Assembly: GCA_045654805.1 (NCBI GenBank)
Contig: JAZOOD010000063.1
Coordinates: 45,793-109,792, forward strand
DNA length: 64,000 nucleotides
Direction of reading: 5' to 3'
DNA from: Clostridia bacterium
GTDB lineage: Bacteria; Bacillota; Clostridia; Monoglobales; Firm-18
Shown: piece by piece, positions 58,122 to 64,000 of the stretch
How the letters are laid out: every line of letters begins with the position of its first letter
Numbering within the stretch: position 1 is the first letter of the stretch
The notes under the pieces: generated by a model
Told to the model about the DNA's origin: nothing
Database searches by the model: none
The model's input: the letters and a program-made list of their open reading frames with translations, nothing else
Position numbers and translations under genes: made by a program

Positions 58122-59447
58122 ATGGCAAAGCCGGTTGTTGCAATTGTGGGCAGACCTAATGTTGGTAAGTCTACACTCTTTAATAAAATAGTAGGTAAGC
58201 GTATTGCTATAGTAGAGGATACTCCCGGAGTAACCCGAGACAGATTGTACGCGGAGGCAGAATGGAATGGTATAACCTTTACTCTTATTGACACAGGAGG
58301 TATTGAGCCTGTATCTACGGACCATATACTTTCAGAAATGCGTAATCAGGCACAGGTTGCCATAGATACATCTGACGTAATAGTATTGGTGGTTGATGTA
58401 CGCGAAGGGATGACGGCTACGGATAAGGACGTGGCAAATATGCTTATTCGTTCCGGAAAGGAAATAGTAATCGCGTGCAATAAGTGTGATACTCCCGGTG
58501 ACCCTCCGCTACAGATGTACGATTTTTATAATCTTGCACTTGGTGAACCTATCCCAGTATCAGGTGTACACGGTAGCGGTGTTGGTGATTTACTTGACGA
58601 GGTATGCAAGCATTTTCCGGAAAATACCGAGGATGAAGAGGAAGAAGATGTTATCAAAATAGCTGTTGTAGGCAAGCCTAATGCAGGAAAATCTTCTTTG
58701 ATAAACCGAATTCTGGGGGAAAACAGAGTTATCGTTAGTCCAATAGCAGGAACCACCCGTGACTCTATCGACACTCGTTATGAAAAAAACGGGGACAAGT
58801 TCCTCATTATAGATACAGCAGGTATGAGAAAACGCAGTAAGGTTGAAGAAAATATTGAACGTTTCAGCGTTATTCGTGCTTTGAATGCAGTTGACAGAGC
58901 TGATGTTGTGCTTATAATGATAGATGCAACAGAAGGTGTTACTGAACAGGATACAAAGATTGCAGGGTACGCTCATGAACAGGGTAAGGCGGCACTTATT
59001 TGTGTAAATAAATGGGATTTGATTGAAAAAGATACAAAAACTATGAACAACTTCCGCCTAGATGTTCAGGATGGTCTTTCATATATGTTGTATGCACCTA
59101 TTTTGTTTATTTCTGCAAAGACAGGTCAGAGAGTTGACAAAATATTTGAAATGGCAAAGTATGTTGCTAATCAAAATGCTATGCGTATATCAACAGGTAT
59201 GCTTAACGATGTTATAAATGATGCAACATCGAGGGTACAGCCCCCGTCTGATAAGGGCAAGAGGCTTAAAATACTATACATTACACAGGCATCTGTTAAG
59301 CCGCCGACGTTTGTTATTTTTGTTAATGATAAAAAATTGGCACATTTTTCATATATAAGATACCTGGAAAATCAGCTTAGAAACACATTTGGATTTGAGG
59401 GTACTCCTATAAGATTTATTATTAGGGAAAGAGGCAAGGAGGATTAA
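58122..59447 (+). CDS. der: Ribosome-biogenesis GTPase Der (EngA), two G domains
   Basis: It has two P-loops, GRPNVGKST and GKPNAGKSS, plus DTGG/DTAG and a KH-like C-terminus. Confidence 0.95.
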   Translation: MAKPVVAIVGRPNVGKSTLFNKIVGKRIAIVEDTPGVTRDRLYAEAEWNGITFTLIDTGGIEPVSTDHILSEMRNQAQVAIDTSDVIVLVVDVREGMTATDKDVANMLIRSGKEIVIACNKCDTPGDPPLQMYDFYNLALGEPIPVSGVHGSGVGDLLDEVCKHFPENTEDEEEEDVIKIAVVGKPNAGKSSLINRILGENRVIVSPIAGTTRDSIDTRYEKNGDKFLIIDTAGMRKRSKVEENIERFSVIRALNAVDRADVVLIMIDATEGVTEQDTKIAGYAHEQGKAALICVNKWDLIEKDTKTMNNFRLDVQDGLSYMLYAPILFISAKTGQRVDKIFEMAKYVANQNAMRISTGMLNDVINDATSRVQPPSDKGKRLKILYITQASVKPPTFVIFVNDKKLAHFSYIRYLENQLRNTFGFEGTPIRFIIRERGKED

Positions 59448-59448
59448 T

Positions 59449-60078
59449 ATGTCGGTTTTGTTTATGTTAATAGTTGGTTATTTACTTGGAAGCCTTAACT
59501 TTTCAATTATTTTCACAAAAATATTTGCAAAGACCGATGTGCGTGACCACGGAAGCGGTAATGCAGGTTTTACAAATACAATAAGAACAGCCGGTAAGGG
59601 TGTTGGTATTTTAGTTTTTATATGCGATGCGCTAAAGGCAGTTGTTGCTATTTTAATTGCCATAGCATTTGAAAGGTACTTCCAATTTGACGGATTGGTT
59701 CATTATGGTAAATATGCAGCGGCACTTGGTGCAGTATTGGGACACAATTTCCCGCTTTACTATGGATTTAGGGGTGGTAAGGGTATTGTAGTTTCCATAG
59801 CTATTATATACTCCTTAAATTGGATTACAGGATGCCTTACACTTGGTATGTTCCTGTTGGTATTTCTTGTGACGGGTATTGTTTCCCTAAGTTCATTGAC
59901 CGGTGCCGTAACAGTAGTTGTTTCTACATTTGTTATGTACATTTTTGGTTGGGCAGGTGTTGATGCTGTACAGCTTGCACTTATGCTGGTTATGGGGATT
60001 CTGGCATTTTATATGCACAGAGCAAATATTAAAAGATTGTTAAACGGTACAGAAAGCAGTTTTAAAAAGAAAAAATAA
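59449..60078 (+). CDS. plsY: Glycerol-3-phosphate acyltransferase PlsY
   Basis: Motifs are GSGN.G.TN and GHNFP...GF.GGKG; small polytopic protein. Confidence 0.9.
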   Translation: MSVLFMLIVGYLLGSLNFSIIFTKIFAKTDVRDHGSGNAGFTNTIRTAGKGVGILVFICDALKAVVAILIAIAFERYFQFDGLVHYGKYAAALGAVLGHNFPLYYGFRGGKGIVVSIAIIYSLNWITGCLTLGMFLLVFLVTGIVSLSSLTGAVTVVVSTFVMYIFGWAGVDAVQLALMLVMGILAFYMHRANIKRLLNGTESSFKKKK

Positions 60079-60093
60079 TTTCAGGAGGCAAGT

Positions 60094-61101
60094 ATGGCTA
60101 AGGTTTCGGTATTAGGTTCAGGCAGTTGGGGTACTGCAATGGCTATGTGCCTTGCAGAAAATGGACATAAAATTATTTTGTGGTCCAGAAGTATTGAAAC
60201 AACAGAAAAACTTGCTGCAACACATATTAACGACAGATATTTACCGGGCGTGATGTTGCCGGATAATATATCATATACCAGCGACATTTCTGAATGTGCA
60301 AAGGTTGATGTTATTGTTGTTGCAACGCCTTCACATACCGTTAGGGAGGTATGTGCAAAAATTGCTCCTTGCGTAAAGGACGGGCAGATTATTGTGAGTA
60401 TTTCCAAGGGATTTGATATGGAAAAATACAACCGTCTTTCGCAGGTAATAAAGGATGAAATACCAAACTGCGTAATTGCGGCAATGTCAGGACCTTCCCA
60501 CGCAGAGGAGGTTGTAAGAAGATTGCCTACTACTAACGTTGTGGGATGCGAGGATATAAATGTTGCAAAGTATATCCAAAAAATATTTATGTCAGAACAT
60601 TTCAGAATATATACCACGGAGGATATAATCGGCGTGGAGCTTGGCGGTTCTCTTAAGAATGTTATTGCTCTTTGTGCCGGTATAAGCGACGGACTTGGGT
60701 TTGGGGATAATACAAAGGCTGCACTTATGACAAGAGGTATGGCAGAAATTATACGTCTTGGGATTGCTATGGGGGCTAAGTATGAGACGTTCATTGGGCT
60801 TTCCGGCATCGGAGATTTGATAGTTACCTGTACCAGTATGCATTCTCGTAACAGACGTGCAGGAATATTGATAGGACAGGGAAAAACTCCTGAGGAGGCT
60901 CAGGCAGAGGTTAATATGGTAGTAGAGGGTGTTAAAACTGCAAAGGCGGTTAGATACCTTTCGGAAAAATATAATGTTGAAATGCCTATTTCCCACACAG
61001 CATACGAAGTATTATTTAACAATATGCCTGTAAAGGAATGTGCCCCTGCTTTAATGCAGCGTGCAATGAGGAGCGAAACTGAAACATATGTTGTAGGGTG
61101 A
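60094..61101 (+). CDS. gpsA: NAD(P)H-dependent glycerol-3-phosphate dehydrogenase
   Basis: Motifs are VLGSGSWGTAMA, GPSHAEEV, GSLKNVIA and SRNRRAG. Confidence 0.93.
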   Translation: MAKVSVLGSGSWGTAMAMCLAENGHKIILWSRSIETTEKLAATHINDRYLPGVMLPDNISYTSDISECAKVDVIVVATPSHTVREVCAKIAPCVKDGQIIVSISKGFDMEKYNRLSQVIKDEIPNCVIAAMSGPSHAEEVVRRLPTTNVVGCEDINVAKYIQKIFMSEHFRIYTTEDIIGVELGGSLKNVIALCAGISDGLGFGDNTKAALMTRGMAEIIRLGIAMGAKYETFIGLSGIGDLIVTCTSMHSRNRRAGILIGQGKTPEEAQAEVNMVVEGVKTAKAVRYLSEKYNVEMPISHTAYEVLFNNMPVKECAPALMQRAMRSETETYVVG

Positions 61102-61628
61102 TTAAGTTGAATATTTTGGACAAATGCAGATATGATGAGGTTTATAAAATAATGGAGGATAATTTTCCTCCTGATGAACGCCGTACCTATGAACAGCAAA
61201 AAGCTTTGATAAATACCGAAAATTATCGTATTTATACAGTGGAAAATGATGGTGAAATAATTGCTTTTTTTGCAGTATGGATATTGGATGGGATTGTTTT
61301 TGGCGAGCATCTGGCCGTGGACAAGAGGTACCATAACGGAGGCATAGGGTCCAGACTTCTGATGGAGGTTGTCAAATCCTTTAATATTCCCTTTGTGTTG
61401 GAAATAGAGCTTGAGAATTCTTCGGAAATGGCAAAAAGGCGTGCAGGATTTTACAGGCGCCATGGGTTTAACATTAATAATTATGAATATGCTCAGCCAT
61501 CCTACGGAGAGGGCAAAAGTACAATCCCTATGCACTTGGTTTCATATCCAGATGTACTTAGTAAAGAAGAATTCGAAAAATACAAAAAAATTATTTATAA
61601 AAAAATATATAAAATAAAAGGCATCTGA
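61098..61628 (+). CDS. GNAT-family N-acetyltransferase
   Basis: It has an acetyl-CoA-binding pattern (HLAVDKRYHNGGIGSRLL) and FY.RHGF. Confidence 0.7.
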   Translation: MIKLNILDKCRYDEVYKIMEDNFPPDERRTYEQQKALINTENYRIYTVENDGEIIAFFAVWILDGIVFGEHLAVDKRYHNGGIGSRLLMEVVKSFNIPFVLEIELENSSEMAKRRAGFYRRHGFNINNYEYAQPSYGEGKSTIPMHLVSYPDVLSKEEFEKYKKIIYKKIYKIKGI

Positions 61629-61661
61629 CCGATGTCTTTTGTTATGTAAGGAGCTGTAGTA

Positions 61662-62816
61662 ATGAAAGAAAAAACATTTTCAAAAGACGCTATATTGGTG
61701 CTTGTAGGGGCATTTTGTTACATATCCTGTTCCATAATGGCGATGCCCGTAATGTCAGGATTTACGGAAACTCTTGGCGGTGGAGGTGTACTTATGGGAC
61801 TTATGAGTGGTATGATGTACTTTGTATCCCTTTGTATGCGTCCTGTTGCCGGTAATCTTGCGGATAAGATGAAAAAGGCAAATCTCACATTTGGCGGAGC
61901 TTTTTTGATGCTTGTATCAAATATTGCCTATGTTTTTGCACCAAATATTATTTTCCTTACTGTTGCAAGGGTGGTTAATGGTATAGGTTATGCGTGCTGT
62001 ACAGTTAGTATGTCTACGTGGCTTTCTATGCTTGTTCCAAAGGACAGGGTAGGCAAGGCGATGGGGATTTATGGCACTATGCAAGCTATAAGTATGGCAA
62101 TTTCAGGGAAAATAGCTTTATCAATTTCAAATGCTGTGGATTACAGAATGGTGTTTGTGGTATCATCCGCATTCGCACTTATAACCCTTATTACAAGCCT
62201 TATGGTAGGTGACAAGGGAACTCCTGTTTTAAAGGAAAAAGGAGAAAAAAGAAAGATACGTATTTTTGATATGAATGTTTTGCCTATTGCTCTTATAATT
62301 ATGCTGTTTACTATACCATATAATGCCACACAGGCGTTTATAGAAAAGTATGTTGAACGTGCTGATATCGGTCTTGATGCAGGTTGGTTTATAACTATGT
62401 ATGCAATATGTCTTATCGCATTGCGTCTTGGATTCAGAAATTATTTCGACAAGGTTCCTTACAAAAGATTTTTGTTCATAAGTCTTGCATCATCTGTGGT
62501 TTCAATATTAAGTCTTAACTTTATGAATACATATTTAGTAATGGGCATTGGTGCTATTTGTATGGCGGGTGGTTACGGAATAATGTGCTCCGTTTCACAG
62601 GCTACTGCAATTTCTTTGGTAGGCCCTGAAAACAGAGGGGTAGCTAACGGTACATACTATATGGGATTTGACCTTGGTATGGCTATGGGGCCTTTTATAG
62701 GCGGTGTATTGTATGATAATCTAAATATACATATGTTCTACCCTATGCTGTTGCTATGCTCTGCACTTGCCCTTGTTATATACATAATAAACAGAAAAAA
62801 ACTTTCAAAGGTGTAA
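61662..62816 (+). CDS. MFS transporter
   Basis: It has about 12 TM segments and the MFS loop motif MRPVAGNLADK. Confidence 0.75.
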   Translation: MKEKTFSKDAILVLVGAFCYISCSIMAMPVMSGFTETLGGGGVLMGLMSGMMYFVSLCMRPVAGNLADKMKKANLTFGGAFLMLVSNIAYVFAPNIIFLTVARVVNGIGYACCTVSMSTWLSMLVPKDRVGKAMGIYGTMQAISMAISGKIALSISNAVDYRMVFVVSSAFALITLITSLMVGDKGTPVLKEKGEKRKIRIFDMNVLPIALIIMLFTIPYNATQAFIEKYVERADIGLDAGWFITMYAICLIALRLGFRNYFDKVPYKRFLFISLASSVVSILSLNFMNTYLVMGIGAICMAGGYGIMCSVSQATAISLVGPENRGVANGTYYMGFDLGMAMGPFIGGVLYDNLNIHMFYPMLLLCSALALVIYIINRKKLSKV

Positions 62817-62817
62817 T

Positions 62818-63342
62818 TTGATGAGGACAAAAAAATTAGTATATTGTGCGTTGTTCGCCGCTATTATAGCCGTTGCATCACAAATATCTGTTCCTGTTCA
62901 GCCGATTCCATTGAATATGGGTATGTTTGCCGTATTGTTGTGCGGAGGAATGTTGGGCAAAAAATTCGGCACAATCAGCGTTGCGGTATATATACTTTTG
63001 GGAATTATAGGCGCACCTGTTTTTGCAGGCTTCCGTGGAGGCTTGGGAGTATTAGCAGGCCCTACGGGCGGTTATATTGCGGGGTATGTTATAATTGCCT
63101 TTGTTACGGGTGCAGTATGTGAAAAAACACATAAACTTAAGTTTACAATACCTTTTATGTTGTTGGCGGTTGTTTTGTGTTATATATTGGGAACAATGTG
63201 GTTTTGTGCTACAACGGGGAATGATTTTGTTTCCGCACTTTCAATGTGTGTAATTCCATTTGTGCCGTGGGATGTTTTAAAGGTGGTTTTGGCGTTGATG
63301 GTGATAAAAAACAAGAAAAGTAATATTGTAGTACTACAATAA
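62818..63342 (+). CDS. bioY: Biotin ECF-transporter S component BioY
   Basis: BioY pattern PVQPIPLNMGMFAVLL...GPTGGYIAGY. Confidence 0.8.
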   Translation: MMRTKKLVYCALFAAIIAVASQISVPVQPIPLNMGMFAVLLCGGMLGKKFGTISVAVYILLGIIGAPVFAGFRGGLGVLAGPTGGYIAGYVIIAFVTGAVCEKTHKLKFTIPFMLLAVVLCYILGTMWFCATTGNDFVSALSMCVIPFVPWDVLKVVLALMVIKNKKSNIVVLQ

Positions 63343-63357
63343 TGGGAGATGAAAGAG

Positions 63358-64000
63358 ATGAAGTGTGGCAAATTTTTCACAAAAAGAAAAATAACAGCTC
63401 TGATTATAATTTTTGTAATTGTACTTTTATTGTTTGCTTTATTTACCCGAAAAACTTTGGATGCAAAATTAGTTACTGTTGATGCTGATATTGTGAAAAT
63501 TTATGATTTTTCAAAAGGTAAAGTTCTAAAAACAGATGTTGAAAAATATTGTTTTCAAACTGGTGAAAGTTTTCTTGTTGCAGATAAAAACGATATTTTA
63601 CGTATTACAGCTGATGGCAGAGAATTAGTGTATAGTATGAATACAAGAATTATATCTAACATAATCGAATATGATGATACACTGTATTTTGTAGCAGAAG
63701 AAAATAGTAATGATATGTTTGCAAAGAAGTATTTGTATTCATTGAAAAATAATAATTTGAAAAAAATTCATGAAAATGAAGTTTCGTTTTCACTTTTGCA
63801 ATACGATAATACGATACTTTTTGCTGACAAGAAAAATAATGAGATTTTGTCATATTATCCTGAAACAGAAAACATTAAAAAACTATGTGATGGTAACTTT
63901 CCATGTTGGAAAGAATATGGAAAAACATTGTTTTTGAATTTGGATACGGAAGCAGGGCATCAATTAGGAATCTTGGATATAAAGTCCGGGGAAATTACAA
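63358..64000 (+). CDS. N-terminally anchored protein of unknown function (3' end outside the window)
   Basis: ATG after RBS GGGAGATGAAAGAG, a TM, and a repetitive beta-rich ectodomain. The ORF is open to the window edge. Confidence 0.4.
   Translation, partial: MKCGKFFTKRKITALIIIFVIVLLLFALFTRKTLDAKLVTVDADIVKIYDFSKGKVLKTDVEKYCFQTGESFLVADKNDILRITADGRELVYSMNTRIISNIIEYDDTLYFVAEENSNDMFAKKYLYSLKNNNLKKIHENEVSFSLLQYDNTILFADKKNNEILSYYPETENIKKLCDGNFPCWKEYGKTLFLNLDTEAGHQLGILDIKSGEIT

Noticed and set aside
60081-60809. Long antisense ORFs opposite well-supported genes. This 242-aa ORF opposite gpsA is one example. Others are 41124-41708 opposite rny, 56046-56558 opposite yceD, 57681-58325 opposite DUF512/der, 50320-50817 opposite clpC and 35485-36075 opposite mutS2.
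   Set aside because: The sense-strand genes have unmistakable family motifs. The antisense translations are low-complexity Ser/Ile/Phe-rich with no RBS. Such shadow ORFs are typical of AT-rich genomes.

Overview
This 64 kb window looks like chromosome from a low-GC, endospore-forming Firmicute (Clostridia-like). Supporting genes are spo0A, spoIIE, bofA, a SleB-like hydrolase and several SLH-domain surface proteins. The region is probably origin-proximal, because it carries the yybS-gdpP-rplI-dnaB and tilS-hpt-ftsH blocks. Most of it is ordinary core: mtlD, a SEDS protein, ftsH, pfk, tyrS, mutS2, rny, pgcA, clpC, pta-ackA, yceD-rpmF, der-plsY-gpsA, bioY, five tRNAs and an FMN riboswitch.

Four pockets are not explained by the core gene set:
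1. 5.9-7.7 kb holds a decayed islet. It has a truncated Y1/RAYT-type transposase stub, REP-like palindromic repeats, and an orphan 5'-truncated RHS C-terminal toxin with a lipoprotein candidate immunity gene.
2. 26.0-33.7 kb holds a tightly packed eight-gene minus-strand operon headed by BlaI and a short, sensor-less M56 BlaR1-like protease. It is followed by two paralogous membrane-anchored ectodomain proteins, an M28 lipoprotein peptidase, an SH3b-like ORF, a tail-anchored secreted protein and a permease. This is my best candidate for an undescribed envelope-sensing system.
3. At 33.7-34.0 kb a 61-bp direct repeat duplicates the 3' end of tRNA-Arg(CCG) plus its terminator. The copies flank about 138 bp of hairpin-rich sequence.
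4. Regulatory oddities include a DnaA-box cluster upstream of mutS2, an FMN riboswitch driving ribU-cobO-DUF624, and a promoter, 153-nt rod-like hairpin and terminator leader in front of an SLH protein gene.

All calls rest on reading the sequence and translations and on remembered family signatures. No database search, HMM or folding computation was run. Two short genes missing from the ORF track, rpmF and a 58-aa membrane protein, were found by eye.
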